Shown here piece after piece: positions 1 through 10,572 of a stretch of 64,000 nucleotides of DNA. Every line of letters begins with the position of its first letter. Within the stretch, counting starts at the first letter, position 1. The notes under the pieces are model-generated. The model worked only from the letters and a program-made list of their open reading frames with translations. It did no database searches and was not told the DNA's origin. Position numbers and translations under genes: made by a program. Where the stretch lies: positions 192,001-256,000 of the forward strand of contig JBOEGF010000008.1 of the NCBI GenBank assembly GCA_050633305.1, read 5' to 3'. The DNA is from Nannocystales bacterium (lineage in GTDB: Bacteria > Myxococcota_A > Polyangia > Nannocystales > Nannocystaceae).

Positions 1-1
1 G

Positions 2-1552
2 GACGAGGACAAGATCCCCGACAACCACTACGGCTACTGGGAGTACTTGCCCACGGACTACGACACCGTGGGCGAGCCGTTCCCGATGCTGATCTTTCTC
101 TCGGGGATCGGTGAGAACGGCAACGGGACGCTCCCTCCTGGAGGATGCACGGGTCCGAACAACCCTGGCGAGTTCCTGTGCCGCAACCTTCGACATGGGC
201 CGCAGATGCACCTGTGGAGCCAGCTGTACGGCGGCGGCGCGGCAGACCAATGGGACGACGAAGAGCGCCCATTCATCGTCATCTCTCCGCAAAACCCAGC
301 GCCGCTGTTCGTCTTGGGCAACCCCTATGACCCGGCGGATATGGAGGAGTACCTCGACTTCCTGATCGCCAACTACAACGTCGACCCGCGCCGGATCTAC
401 CTCACAGGGATGTCGATGGGCGGCTACAGCGTGTCGCTGCACGCGCTGAACGACCCCGGCCGGTACGCCGCGGTCGCGCTGCTTCCCGGTGTCGGTGCCG
501 GCTCGCCCGACCCCGAAACGCCGGGCCCGTGCGACATGGGACGCACCGCGCTGTGGGCGTTCCACGGAGACAACGACACTGTCGAGTACTTCGACCCCGA
601 CGACCTCGCGCGCTTCGTGCAAGATGTCGCCGACTGCCCCGAGCCACACCCCGTTGCTCAACTGACGATGTACCAGGGCGCCGGACACAACGTTTGGGCC
701 CGGACGATCAACCCCGCGGACGGGATGGACGACCCTGTCTACGATGGCTACACGCTCCCCAACACGACCGTCATCCCGACGGTCCCCTACGACGTCGGTC
801 TGTACACCTGGCTGCAGCAATACGACCTGCCGGAAGTCTCCGCGGGCCCTGACTTCTCGGTGACCGCCGACGAGGGCTCATTCGACATCGCGGCCTTCAT
901 CACCGACGACGATGCGGTCACGTTCGAGTGGACGCAGACCGACGGCGACCCGCTCACGCTTTCGGGCGAAGACACCCAGACCCTCACCGTCAGCGCGCTG
1001 GTCGAAGGGAGCTACGACTTCCGGGTGTTCGCGCTCGATGCCGACGACCAGTACGACGAAGACACGGTGACGATCACGGTGCTTCCCGCTGAGGGCGGAG
1101 GTGAATCCGAGTCGGAGGGCACCACCGGCACGGACGGGACGACTTCGACCGACGGAACCACGAACGGCGAGTCCAGCACCGGAGCGAGCCCCGGCTCAAC
1201 CTCCTCCTCCGCCGATACCGAGACCAGTGGGGCTTCGGATGGCGCCACCGGTTCGTCCTCCGGTGCCGCCACGTCCGACTCGGCATCAAGTTCCTCGGGC
1301 GGCGGTACGGACAGCGGTTCCGCATCTCAGACCGCCGGCTCGGCCTCGGACTCCGCGAGCGGAGACGACTCGGCCTCGGGCAACAGCGACTCTGCTTCCG
1401 CATCCGGCAGCGACGACTCGTCAGGCGAGGACACCGACACCGGAGGGGCCAACTCCAGCGACGGTGGCTGCAACGCGGGCGGGCCCCCGCCCCAAGGGCT
1501 TTGGATGCTCGGCCTGTTCGGCCTGGCTTGCGTTCGCCGCCGCAAGGGCTGA
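2..1552 (+). CDS. Alpha/beta-hydrolase (predicted peptidase/esterase) + PKD-like domain + Ser/Gly/Thr linker + MYXO-CTERM tail; 5' end lies outside the window
   Basis: Frame is open from position 2 (DEDKIPDNHYGYWEYLP). Contains GMSMGG nucleophile elbow, WAFHGDND, GHNVW, a PKD-like VSAGPD..FEWTQTDG segment, and the C-terminal GGC-hydrophobic-RRRKG. Confidence 0.8.
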   Translation, partial: DEDKIPDNHYGYWEYLPTDYDTVGEPFPMLIFLSGIGENGNGTLPPGGCTGPNNPGEFLCRNLRHGPQMHLWSQLYGGGAADQWDDEERPFIVISPQNPAPLFVLGNPYDPADMEEYLDFLIANYNVDPRRIYLTGMSMGGYSVSLHALNDPGRYAAVALLPGVGAGSPDPETPGPCDMGRTALWAFHGDNDTVEYFDPDDLARFVQDVADCPEPHPVAQLTMYQGAGHNVWARTINPADGMDDPVYDGYTLPNTTVIPTVPYDVGLYTWLQQYDLPEVSAGPDFSVTADEGSFDIAAFITDDDAVTFEWTQTDGDPLTLSGEDTQTLTVSALVEGSYDFRVFALDADDQYDEDTVTITVLPAEGGGESESEGTTGTDGTTSTDGTTNGESSTGASPGSTSSSADTETSGASDGATGSSSGAATSDSASSSSGGGTDSGSASQTAGSASDSASGDDSASGNSDSASASGSDDSSGEDTDTGGANSSDGGCNAGGPPPQGLWMLGLFGLACVRRRKG

Positions 1553-1558
1553 CCCTCC

Positions 1559-2485
1559 TCACCTCGCGCGCGGGCGCAACGCCTCCGGGATCGATGCTTC
1601 GAACCGGAGGCGTTTTCCGTTGCGGTGATCGAGTTCGAGCACGTGGGCATGAAGGCCCAGCCTCGCCTCGGGGGGCCAGACATCCGGCTGGCCATCAACC
1701 CCGTAGAGGTCGTCAAAGCAAAGAGGGTGCCCGCCGTGCGCGAAGTGGATCCGGATTTGGTGTTTGCGTCCGGTGATCGGACGGACCCGCACAAGGCTGG
1801 TGTCCCCGTCGGTCTCCATCCGCTCGAACGTGGTCCGGCTCGGCTTGCCATGCTGGTCGACGACCACGTTCGTCGCGTCCTCGACACGCAAGGGCCACGA
1901 CCACTCGCCGCGCTCGGGCACCACCCCATGCACACGTGCCACATACGTTTTCGCGGTGGTCCGGGCCTCGAACTGGCCGGTATAGAACGCGACGAGTTCC
2001 CGTCGGCGCGCATAGACGATCACCCCGGACGTGTTGCGGTCGAGGCGGTGGACAACCGACGGACACGCGCCCGAATCTGGAGTTTCTTCGTCGTATCGAA
2101 GCTGAAGCCGGCGCAACAGGTTCAGCGTCTGCACGCCCGCGCTCGGGTGAACAGCGAGGCCCGATGGCTTGTTGACCACCACCAGATCCTCGTCCTCGAA
2201 CGCGATGTCCAAAGGGAGTGCCCGAATCGCGTCCAAGTCCTCGACGGCCCGGGGCAAGACGATGCGCACGACGTCCCCCACCTTGAGACGTCTGGCCTTC
2301 TTGCAAACGCTGGCATTGACGGTGACCGCACGGCGGGCAACGAACGAAGCCAGCTCACCTCGCGAACGCCACGGAAGCATCGCCACGAGAACAGCATCGA
2401 CACGCATGCCAGCCTGTGAATCCGGCACCACGTGCTCGACCACCTGGTCGTCAGGCTGTGTGTCGGGCTGCGCCTCCGGCTTCAC
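1559..2485 (-). CDS. RluA/RluD-family pseudouridine synthase with S4 domain
   Basis: Motifs VVNKPSGL, HRLDRNTSG and TGRKHQIRIH. GTG at 2485 chosen because a TACCAT box lies 6 nt upstream. Confidence 0.93.
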   Translation of the reverse strand: MKPEAQPDTQPDDQVVEHVVPDSQAGMRVDAVLVAMLPWRSRGELASFVARRAVTVNASVCKKARRLKVGDVVRIVLPRAVEDLDAIRALPLDIAFEDEDLVVVNKPSGLAVHPSAGVQTLNLLRRLQLRYDEETPDSGACPSVVHRLDRNTSGVIVYARRRELVAFYTGQFEARTTAKTYVARVHGVVPERGEWSWPLRVEDATNVVVDQHGKPSRTTFERMETDGDTSLVRVRPITGRKHQIRIHFAHGGHPLCFDDLYGVDGQPDVWPPEARLGLHAHVLELDHRNGKRLRFEASIPEALRPRAR

Positions 2486-2507
2486 GCCTGCATGGTACTC
2501 ACCGCAC

Positions 2508-3035
2508 GTGGCCACGCCGATCCCGCCGAAGTTTTATACGCAGGACGCGGAGTTTCCCACCGAGATGACCCTACGCCCGATCGGCGTGGTGCGTTCTCCC
2601 CACAAAGAGCGCCACGGGACGCCGCGCCAGGCCGTGCTTCACGCCAAACCCGAGCTGCGGCCTTCGGAGGAGACGGTCCTCGAGTTGTTTCCTGGGGTGC
2701 TCACGCCACATGCAACCGAAGATCTTCAGGGCTTCGAGATGCTCTGGGTCCTGTCCTGGATGCACCTCAACCACGGGTGGAACAACAAGGTGGCGGTCCC
2801 CGGCTTCAAGAAGAAGGGGCTGCTCTCCACCCGCGCGCCACATCGACCCAATCCCATCGCGCTCTCCGCTGTCCGCCTCCTCCACGTCGAGGGTCTGCGG
2901 TTGACCATCGAGCGCACGGACCTGCTCGACGGCACGCCAATTGTCGACCTCAAGCCGTACGTGCCCTACTGCGACGCGTTCCCGGATGCCAAGGCAGGCT
3001 GGGTCGACGAACGCGGAAAAACACCCGGCAACTGA
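2508..3035 (+). CDS. trmO: tRNA (t6A37) N6-methyltransferase TrmO/TsaA
   Basis: Motifs LRPIGVVRSP, TPRQ, STRAPHRPNPIALS, DLLDGTPIVDLKPY. Start is uncertain (GTG 2508 or the downstream ATG). Confidence 0.92.
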   Translation: MATPIPPKFYTQDAEFPTEMTLRPIGVVRSPHKERHGTPRQAVLHAKPELRPSEETVLELFPGVLTPHATEDLQGFEMLWVLSWMHLNHGWNNKVAVPGFKKKGLLSTRAPHRPNPIALSAVRLLHVEGLRLTIERTDLLDGTPIVDLKPYVPYCDAFPDAKAGWVDERGKTPGN

Positions 3036-3039
3036 GGCG

Positions 3040-4257
3040 CTACTCGAGTCGGCCCGGCGGTAGTTCCAGCCCCGCGACAAAGTGCCGGGGCTGTTTTCCG
3101 TGGGGGACCTTCGTGCGCAACACGAACACGCCGGGTTCGTCTGCCATGTCGTTCTTCATGGCCTGACACCACGGCGCGTAGTCAGGCCAGGACTTCGCGG
3201 CTTCCTCGTGGGTCTCGCAGGTGAGCTTGCCGAAGCCGGTCCGGCGCTCTGGGTGCCCAGCGCACGTTACGGCGGTCTCCGGCCAACTCTTCGATGCACC
3301 CTCGAGGCGGTCACACCACGGGTCGCGCTTGCCGAACGGATCCGCGATGCCACCGTGCGTGATCACCAACGTGACGAGCGCGTCTTGCCCCTGTGCCTTC
3401 ACGGCAGCAAAACATCCGTCCGCCCAATCCTGAAAGCTCGCGTCGAGGAAGACGTACTCTTTGACCCGCTCGGTCCCTGAAGCCGCGACGTTGCGAAGCG
3501 CGATGCCGCCAGCACTGTGCCCCTCGGCGAGCACGCGTGGCTGGACACGCTGCTTTGGCACGCCCAACTCGGACTCCAGAACCCCTGTGGCTTGGTCCAC
3601 CATCGCGTCGAAGTCGTCGATGTAGCGTGGGTCGCCGGGCACGGCCGTCATCCACATGCGGTCGTACATCTTGTTACTCCACCCTTTCCACTCCGGCTCC
3701 ATGCGCTTTCCTGAGCTGATCGGGTACAGCAGCGCCAGGTTGTGACCACCCTTGGCCTGCACGTCGGTCACCGCATCCATCGTCTGTTGCAGTCGGTCCC
3801 AGCCGACCCACGCTTTCTTCGGCACTCCATTCTGGGGTTCGGCGATGTTCTCGGAGTAGGTGCCGTGGAAGTGGACGACCCAGTCGAACGGTTGGTCGGC
3901 TCGAACACCCGGCGGTACAAAGATCACGGTGTCGCGGCCGCCGTTGCCCCGAAGCTGCCCCACCCAGACCGACCCCTCGGTCTCGAGTGCATCCGAGAAG
4001 GCGATCAGACCCGGACGCGCGGACGCTGCGACGAGCCGAGCCCCGGAAGGAACGTTCGAGGGCGGAGGCTCTGCTTCTGATTCGTCTTCTGCTTCTTCCG
4101 GGGCCGGCGCAGAGACCGGGGTCGGGGGCTCGAAGGGCGGTTCGCTCTCCGCCTCGACGGCAGGCGTGACGGCCGGCGGGGGAGCCGTGGGAGCCTCTTC
4201 GGGCTCACGGGGTCCGCCGCAGCCCACGGTCAATACCGCCAACAGGAGCCATCGCAT
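3040..4257 (-). CDS. Hypothetical lipoprotein, alpha/beta-hydrolase-like
   Basis: Lipobox LTVGC, Pro/Glu linker, VVHFHG and GHSAGG motifs. Confidence 0.65.
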   Translation of the reverse strand: MRWLLLAVLTVGCGGPREPEEAPTAPPPAVTPAVEAESEPPFEPPTPVSAPAPEEAEDESEAEPPPSNVPSGARLVAASARPGLIAFSDALETEGSVWVGQLRGNGGRDTVIFVPPGVRADQPFDWVVHFHGTYSENIAEPQNGVPKKAWVGWDRLQQTMDAVTDVQAKGGHNLALLYPISSGKRMEPEWKGWSNKMYDRMWMTAVPGDPRYIDDFDAMVDQATGVLESELGVPKQRVQPRVLAEGHSAGGIALRNVAASGTERVKEYVFLDASFQDWADGCFAAVKAQGQDALVTLVITHGGIADPFGKRDPWCDRLEGASKSWPETAVTCAGHPERRTGFGKLTCETHEEAAKSWPDYAPWCQAMKNDMADEPGVFVLRTKVPHGKQPRHFVAGLELPPGRLE

Positions 4258-4305
4258 GTCGGGGCAGTGTAGCCCCGCGGCGAACGAGCAGGCACCATCC
4301 CTGCC

Positions 4306-5712
4306 ATGAGCGAGTCGAAGACGGGCTTCAGCCGTGCGTTCTGGGTGGCCAACGTGGTCGAGCTCCTCGAGCGGGCGGCCTGGTACGGGGTGTTCGTCGC
4401 GATCACGCTCTACCTCAGCCGCATCCTCGCATTCAGCGACATCGAGGCAGCGACGGTCTCGGGCGTGTTTTCAGCGGGCCTCTACCTCCTGCCCACGTTC
4501 TCCGGCGCCTACGCAGACCGCATCGGATTCCGTCGGGCGCTGCTGCTCGCGTTTGGTCTGCTCACGCTCGGCTACGGTGGCATGTGGCTGCTGCCCACGT
4601 TGCTCGAGAGCGCAGGCCTGGTCAGCTACGGCCGGGATGTCACGTTCTCCGGCCTGCAGAACACCGGTCACAAATGGCTGTTCATCCCTGTGATGACGTT
4701 CGTCATGATTGGCGGCTCGTTCATCAAGTCCGTGATCACGGGGACGGTGGCCAAGGAGACCACCGCGGCAAACCGAGCGCGCGGTTACTCCATCTTCTAC
4801 GCGCTGGTCAACATCGGGGCATTCGGGGGCAAGACCATCGTCAAACCCCTCCGAGAGAGCATGGGCAACGAGGGGCTGATCGCGCTCAACCTGTTCGCAG
4901 CCGGCATGACGCTGGTCGCGTTCACCTTGGTGTTGTTCCTCTACAAAGCTCGGCCGGGCCAAGGTGAGGGCAAGTCCGTCGCGGAGCTGTGGGGCGCGCT
5001 GGGCGGGGTGCTCGCCCAACGTCGGCTTGTCCTGCTGATCGTCATCATCACGGGCTTCTGGATGGTCCAGCACCAGCTCTACGCGACGATGCCGAAGTAC
5101 GTGCTGCGGATGGCAGGCGAAGACGCATCTCCGTCTTGGTACGCGAACGTCAACCCAGCGACGGTGGTCGTGACGATCGGCGCCGTCACGGCGCTGATGA
5201 AAAACCGTTCCGCCCTCACCTCGATGACGGTGGGCATGTTCGTGATGCCGTTCTCCGCCTTTGCCATGGCGGCCGGAAACATGACCGACGGAAGCCTCAT
5301 CCTCGGAATGCACCCGGTCGCCTTGATGATGATCGTCGGCATCATGTTCCAGGGCATGGCCGAGAGCTTCATCTCTCCGCGCTTTCTCGAGTACTTCTCG
5401 CTGCAGGCCCCCAAGGGCGAGGAGGGCCTCTACCTCGGGTTCAGCCATCTGCACTCGTTCCTCGCGTCACTGCTTGGGTTCATCACCTCGGGCTTCCTGC
5501 TCGAGGCGTTCTGCCCGGACCCCAAGACACTCTCCGCGGCCGACCAGGCACAGCGCGTCGCCGCACTCGCGGGCGAGGGCGCGATGCCCCAGGCCTATGC
5601 GCACGCCCACTACATCTGGTTCGTCTTCGTCGGCATCGCCGCGGTGGCTGCGATCGCCCTGGTGATCTACGGCCGCCTCGCGCCCGAGTCTGGCTCCGAA
5701 CCCGAGTCGTAG
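4306..5712 (+). CDS. MFS transporter, POT/PTR peptide-transporter-like
   Basis: ELLERAAWYG (ExxER motif), GYSIFYALVNIGAFGG, many TM helices. Confidence 0.88.
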   Translation: MSESKTGFSRAFWVANVVELLERAAWYGVFVAITLYLSRILAFSDIEAATVSGVFSAGLYLLPTFSGAYADRIGFRRALLLAFGLLTLGYGGMWLLPTLLESAGLVSYGRDVTFSGLQNTGHKWLFIPVMTFVMIGGSFIKSVITGTVAKETTAANRARGYSIFYALVNIGAFGGKTIVKPLRESMGNEGLIALNLFAAGMTLVAFTLVLFLYKARPGQGEGKSVAELWGALGGVLAQRRLVLLIVIITGFWMVQHQLYATMPKYVLRMAGEDASPSWYANVNPATVVVTIGAVTALMKNRSALTSMTVGMFVMPFSAFAMAAGNMTDGSLILGMHPVALMMIVGIMFQGMAESFISPRFLEYFSLQAPKGEEGLYLGFSHLHSFLASLLGFITSGFLLEAFCPDPKTLSAADQAQRVAALAGEGAMPQAYAHAHYIWFVFVGIAAVAAIALVIYGRLAPESGSEPES

Positions 5713-5713
5713 T

Positions 5714-7528
5714 CTACGACCCTCGGACGCGAGACAGGGCGTACCGCTCGACCAACGCCAGCAGCTCCTCGCCCATCGCCGCGACGGTCGACTCCCGCAT
5801 CCCCGGAACACGTCGCAACTCGTCCAAGGTTTGCGGCCGCACGCGGTCGATCCCGACCAGCGTCCGCCGGGCCATGAGCGCAGACGGCCGGACATCGAGT
5901 TCGCGCGCCTTGGCGCGACAGGCTCGGTCGAGTTCGGGTGCGATCGACGTCGACCCGGATGTGGGCGGCGGGAGGGCACGGTCCCGGAACGACAACTCAT
6001 CGTCATCGACCCCGGCCAGCGCCACAGTGGGCCCCCGCTGGCCCCTTCGCCGCCGCAGCACGCCTTCGAGGACAAGGTCATCGAGCGCCTCGAGCACGGC
6101 CGCGTCATCGTGTCTCTGCAATGCCCCGAGCTCGGGCAAGGTCAACAGGTCGGCCTTGGAGAGTCGCTTGACTTCCCAGCCCCGCAGCGCCCGAGAGAGC
6201 GCCTCGATCAAGACCGGGCGCCCCAACCGACGCAGTGCCCGGACCACGGTCTTGCGGTCCGCCTTCGTCAGCGGCTTGCGTCGTTTCGGCGCTGGCGCGC
6301 GCTTGAGGGATGGCTTGCAAACGTCGCACCGTCCGCAGAGGTCCTCCCCTGGCTCGCCCTCGAGGTACTCGCACAGCGACTGCTGGCGGCACATGCTGTC
6401 CGTCTGAGCGTAGTGTTCCAAGGCGCTGAGCGCTTCACTCGACCCGGCAAGATGACGCTGAATGCGAACGTCGTCGTCGCCGAAGTACAGCACGCAGCGG
6501 GCAGACTTGCCGTCTCGCCCTGCCCGGCCCGCCTCCTGATAGTACGCCTCAGGGCTGCCTGGTGCCTGAAGGTGAACGACCACCCGAACGTCGGGAAGAT
6601 CGACCCCCATGCCGAATGCACTTGTCGCCACGAGCACGCGGGCCTTGTTGGTCTCGAAGGCACGCTGCGCCCGATCGCGAGCCTTCGCGTCGCGCCCTGC
6701 ATGGTAGCCCGCCACCGGGTAGCCCTCTGCTCGCAGGCGGTGGGTCACCGCATCGACGGCGTCGCGGGTCGAGCAGTAGACGATCGCGCGTCCGCCCAGC
6801 GGCCCATCGCGAAGCTTCAATCGGTCGAGTTCGTGGCGCAATGCGTGAACACGGTCGTGTTCCGGTTCGAAGCAGCGCACCACAAATGCCAGGTTCTTGC
6901 GGGCGAAGCTGGCCGTGACCCGCTCCGGCTCGCGCAGCCGAAGCCGGTCCACGACCTCAGCCAGGGTTCGAGGTGTCGCGGTCGCGGTGAGGGCAACAAC
7001 TGGGACATCGAGCCTCCCGCGCAGCTCGCCAAGCCGCATGTAGTCTGGACGAAAATCGTGGCCCCACTGGCTGATGCAGTGCGCCTCGTCGATCGCCAAC
7101 ATCGACACATCGCCCGCCTCCAGTCGCTGACGGAACTCCTCGGTCGCGGCTCGCTCCGGGGACACGTACAGCAGGTCGAGCGTCCCTTGTTCGAACGCCT
7201 CGATCGTCTCGATGCGCTGCTCGGGCGTGCGATGACTGTGCAGCGCGGCGGCCCGCACCCCCTTGCCCCGCAACTGCGACACCTGATCGTCCATCAACGC
7301 GATCAGTGGCGAGACGACGACCGCCGTGCCGCGTCCACGACGACGCGCCACCATGGCCGGGACCTGGTAACACAGCGACTTGCCACGCCCCGTCGGCAAC
7401 AACACCACGACGTCGCGACCGGCCACGGCCGCCTTGACGGCGTCTCGTTGCCCGGGGCGAAACCTCGGATGGCCGAACACCTCCCGCAGCACGGCAGTGG
7501 CGTCAGCCTGCGATCCCAATCGAGGCAT
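5714..7528 (-). CDS. recQ: RecQ-family ATP-dependent DNA helicase with Zn-binding, RQC and HRDC domains
   Basis: [50 protein letters not shown], and a C-terminal HRDC-like segment. Confidence 0.92.
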   Translation of the reverse strand: MPRLGSQADATAVLREVFGHPRFRPGQRDAVKAAVAGRDVVVLLPTGRGKSLCYQVPAMVARRRGRGTAVVVSPLIALMDDQVSQLRGKGVRAAALHSHRTPEQRIETIEAFEQGTLDLLYVSPERAATEEFRQRLEAGDVSMLAIDEAHCISQWGHDFRPDYMRLGELRGRLDVPVVALTATATPRTLAEVVDRLRLREPERVTASFARKNLAFVVRCFEPEHDRVHALRHELDRLKLRDGPLGGRAIVYCSTRDAVDAVTHRLRAEGYPVAGYHAGRDAKARDRAQRAFETNKARVLVATSAFGMGVDLPDVRVVVHLQAPGSPEAYYQEAGRAGRDGKSARCVLYFGDDDVRIQRHLAGSSEALSALEHYAQTDSMCRQQSLCEYLEGEPGEDLCGRCDVCKPSLKRAPAPKRRKPLTKADRKTVVRALRRLGRPVLIEALSRALRGWEVKRLSKADLLTLPELGALQRHDDAAVLEALDDLVLEGVLRRRRGQRGPTVALAGVDDDELSFRDRALPPPTSGSTSIAPELDRACRAKARELDVRPSALMARRTLVGIDRVRPQTLDELRRVPGMRESTVAAMGEELLALVERYALSRVRGS

Positions 7529-7573
7529 CTAAGGGGCCACGAGAGACGTCGTGTTGGGTGTCACCAGAGGCTC

Positions 7574-9283
7574 CTAACGCTTGAGTCGTCGTAGGCCCGC
7601 GGGCGGAGGGGGCTTCTTCGGCGTCGGGATTCCTGGCACCTTGGGTGCCGCAGGCGGGCCAGGCTTGGCGTCCGCTCTCGCGACCGTTTGCGACTCTGGC
7701 TTCGGCTTCCCCGCGGTGTCGACTTCGGCTGTGGACGGCGGCTTGGGAGCGTCCGATGCCTTCGCCTCCGCGCTCTCAGCCGGAGCCGATGCGGGCTTGC
7801 CAGGGCTGAGGTTCTCCACGGACCCGAGGTCACGGGTCGGCAGCTCGCCGTCACTGTTCTCGTCCGTATCCTCGAAGTCTTCGGGCTCTTCGGAGACCTC
7901 GAGGTCGGTGAGCGAGATGTCTTGTGTGTCGTCCGGCACCAACAACTCGGCGGGGATGGCCGTGTAGGCTCGCGTGGCCTTGTCCTCGAGCGGATCGACC
8001 TCGATCTCTCCCGCCGATGCTTCGAGCTCCGGAGGCGTGGCTTGCTTCTGCTTGATCGCAGTCCCCTTGCCACCACTCCTCGTTGCCGATGTCGTGACTT
8101 TCTCGGGCGGCTCGAAGACCTCAGGCACACGCAAGCGAGACGCGAACGCCTCGGGCACCGACGCGAGGTGAGCCGCCAGCGCCTGACGCGTGATCCACTT
8201 TTCTTCGCGACGATCCCCAACCTCGACCTTGATGGTGAGTTCCTCGGTGTTGGGACTGTGCTCCATGATCGTGCGAATCATCGGGCGGTAGTGCTCGAGA
8301 ATCCGTTCGGCCACATTCACGTATCCCGCAGGAGATTCGACGGGCTCGTCTCGCAGCGCATAGCTCAAGCTGCGAGCGGGAGAGGCCACGACGCGTGCCA
8401 CCTCGGCTTGCATCGCATCCCACAGCCGTTGCATCACCTCCCCGTCCTCCTCGGGAAGCTGGTTCCCGGTACCGTCCGCCAACTCGCCCCGCCCGACTAC
8501 CCGACCCTCGGAGAGTCCGAGGCCCAGACGCAAGGTCACCGGGCCCGCGGCCTTCTTCGCCAACTCGAGCCGCATCGAGTCCGAGCCGACCCGCGCAGCC
8601 GAGATCACGAGGTCGTCGAGGCTGACGTGTGCGGGCTCCTCGGTCCGTCGTAACAGGGTCTTCTTCGTGCCGACCTGCAGCGTCGAGCCCTTGCCGAGCA
8701 GACTCTTGACCTTGCGGGGCTGCTCGCTCTGCGTGTCCTCCAGCTGAAGCTCAGCTCGGAGCCCAGGCAGGAGTTCGAGCTTTGTCGTGTCGAGGTAGCC
8801 GCTCTCTGTCCCACCTTCGAGGTCGCGCCGTACTTGACGCTGCGTCGGCTGCCCACGCAAAGGCAACGCGAAACGGTCCAGTGAAGCGAGCATCTGCTTG
8901 TGAAGCGTGTCGATCCGGCTGCGAAACTCAGCGACCTGCGCATCGCGAGCCTTCTTGTACTGCGCGAGCCAGCCATCGACCTGAGCCCCAAGAGCATCGA
9001 CGGCTTGGTGCCCGTGCTCTTTCATCTCCGCCCGGGACGCGTCCTTGACTGCGTCCAACAGTCCGGACTCCCCCACCCGGCGAAAGCGCTGGAGCTGCTC
9101 GGAGATCTCCGAGAAGCTCTGCTCCGCGGCCTCGAGCTGACGCCAGAGGTCTTCGGTGTCCTCGTGCGCGATGCTCACGTCGCGCGCAAACAGGCAGACC
9201 TCGACGACGGTGTCGAGGATGTTGCTGGGGAGCTGGGACGCGGTGGAATCGCCCAGCAGGACACGCGTAGCCTGACCGGTCAA
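7574..9283 (-). CDS. Hypothetical protein with coiled-coil N-terminal half and acidic/Pro-rich disordered tail
   Basis: Long ORF with typical codon pattern. TTG at 9283 is preferred because TACTCT lies 7 nt upstream; the ORF is open to 9370. Confidence 0.7.
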   Translation of the reverse strand: MTGQATRVLLGDSTASQLPSNILDTVVEVCLFARDVSIAHEDTEDLWRQLEAAEQSFSEISEQLQRFRRVGESGLLDAVKDASRAEMKEHGHQAVDALGAQVDGWLAQYKKARDAQVAEFRSRIDTLHKQMLASLDRFALPLRGQPTQRQVRRDLEGGTESGYLDTTKLELLPGLRAELQLEDTQSEQPRKVKSLLGKGSTLQVGTKKTLLRRTEEPAHVSLDDLVISAARVGSDSMRLELAKKAAGPVTLRLGLGLSEGRVVGRGELADGTGNQLPEEDGEVMQRLWDAMQAEVARVVASPARSLSYALRDEPVESPAGYVNVAERILEHYRPMIRTIMEHSPNTEELTIKVEVGDRREEKWITRQALAAHLASVPEAFASRLRVPEVFEPPEKVTTSATRSGGKGTAIKQKQATPPELEASAGEIEVDPLEDKATRAYTAIPAELLVPDDTQDISLTDLEVSEEPEDFEDTDENSDGELPTRDLGSVENLSPGKPASAPAESAEAKASDAPKPPSTAEVDTAGKPKPESQTVARADAKPGPPAAPKVPGIPTPKKPPPPAGLRRLKR

Positions 9284-9457
9284 CCGCGGCAGAGTACCAG
9301 CATCAGCGAGGGCCGGCCTGTGCACGGGATGGGCCGCTGCGGGCGAAACGCCACGATGCGTCGGCCCCACGTAAACAGCCAGAAACGGCCTTGTACGGCG
9401 CTTTCCGTCGCGATGAGGGGGTCGCGGACGCGGACGCTGCTACAACCAGGCTCGGCG

Positions 9458-10039
9458 ATGGCGCCCAAGGACCGACGCACCTTCTCGTTCCGGGTCGAGC
9501 TGGGATCGGACGCGCTGTGGGAGCACCTCTGTGCGCACGAGGAGGTGCGGGCGAGTGACGACCCCGCACCCGGCCCCTCACCCCCGCACGGCGCTCCGTT
9601 CCTCGTCGCCCGCAGCGGTCCCGACGAGCTCCGGCTACGTCGATGGGCGGGCCCTGCGGACACACCGTCACCGATCGTCGTCGTGGACCTCGAGGACGAC
9701 GAACGCGGGTGCACGGTCTACGGCCGAATCGAATCAGGCACCCCCGGATCGCTGGTCGGCACCGGTCCTCACTGGAAGCGCTACATCCTCCCAGGGGTAG
9801 CCCTGCTGGTGACGCTCAGCATCGGCGGGGCGATTCTCGGCGGGGGCTGGGCCGCGATCGCCCTTCCCTTGCTTCTGTTGCTCTTTGGTGTGCCCGCGGG
9901 CGCCGTCATGCTGCCGCTGCTGATGCTGTGGAATCAGCAGTCTCGCGCGACACAGACGGAGGCCCTGTGGGGCCTCATCGGCGAGGTTTTCACGCCGCTG
10001 GCCCTCCCTGAAGAAGAAGACCCCTCCCCGTTCCGCTGA
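9458..10039 (+). CDS. Hypothetical membrane protein (two C-terminal TM helices)
   Basis: ATG at 9458 within ORF 8900-10039; hydrophobic hairpin near the C-terminus. Confidence 0.65.
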   Translation: MAPKDRRTFSFRVELGSDALWEHLCAHEEVRASDDPAPGPSPPHGAPFLVARSGPDELRLRRWAGPADTPSPIVVVDLEDDERGCTVYGRIESGTPGSLVGTGPHWKRYILPGVALLVTLSIGGAILGGGWAAIALPLLLLLFGVPAGAVMLPLLMLWNQQSRATQTEALWGLIGEVFTPLALPEEEDPSPFR

Positions 10040-10100
10040 AGCACGGCGCCGCGGCGGCACCGGCTGGACAAATCGCCCGGCGCGCGCAACAAGGCTACCG

Positions 10101-10418
10101 ATGAGGAAGTCGTTCTCGCTCGAACACCCCAAACACAAGCCAGCCCGGGTGGTCGAGAACATCAAGCACCAGCTCCGGAAGTACATCAAGCGGGAGCGCG
10201 GCAAGACTCTTCCCGAGGACATGGACTTCTGGGCCTTCGACTGCAAGATCGGACGCGAGAGACCCGAACGCACGTTGACGGAGAAAGAGCTCGGAAAGGC
10301 GATCGACGATGCGGCCGCCGAGGGCTGGGAGAGCGTCCACGTGGAGCTGATCGCAACCCCGGTCAAGCGTCTCGGCAAGAAGCCTGTTCCCGACAGTCCC
10401 GAGAACCCGGACGAATAG
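10101..10418 (+). CDS. Small conserved protein, DUF6172-like
   Basis: KH.LRKYIKRER.K.LPE..DFWAFDCKIG signature. Confidence 0.75.
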   Translation: MRKSFSLEHPKHKPARVVENIKHQLRKYIKRERGKTLPEDMDFWAFDCKIGRERPERTLTEKELGKAIDDAAAEGWESVHVELIATPVKRLGKKPVPDSPENPDE

Positions 10419-10572
10419 ACACGCACTGGGCCCATGGTGCTGCCCATCTGGGGGACGCACCGAGGCATGCGTCGGGTCCCGTGCGGCAAACACCCGTGCC
10501 CCCTGTCGGATCCTCGGCCGCCCGGTGTAGTTTCCGCCTCATGCGTAGGTCGGTTCGACGAGGCGTTCAGCC

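Noticed and set aside
5831..7594. Long antisense ORFs (also 13976-15571, 23491-25299, 43523-45217, 50943-52406, 53468-55153)
   Set aside because: Shadow frames of motif-supported genes, as expected in high-GC DNA.
10425..10572. Fluoride riboswitch upstream of the bestrophin gene
   Set aside because: gggcccatggtgctgccc is only superficially similar; the GATG loop context and the 3' pseudoknot element are absent.
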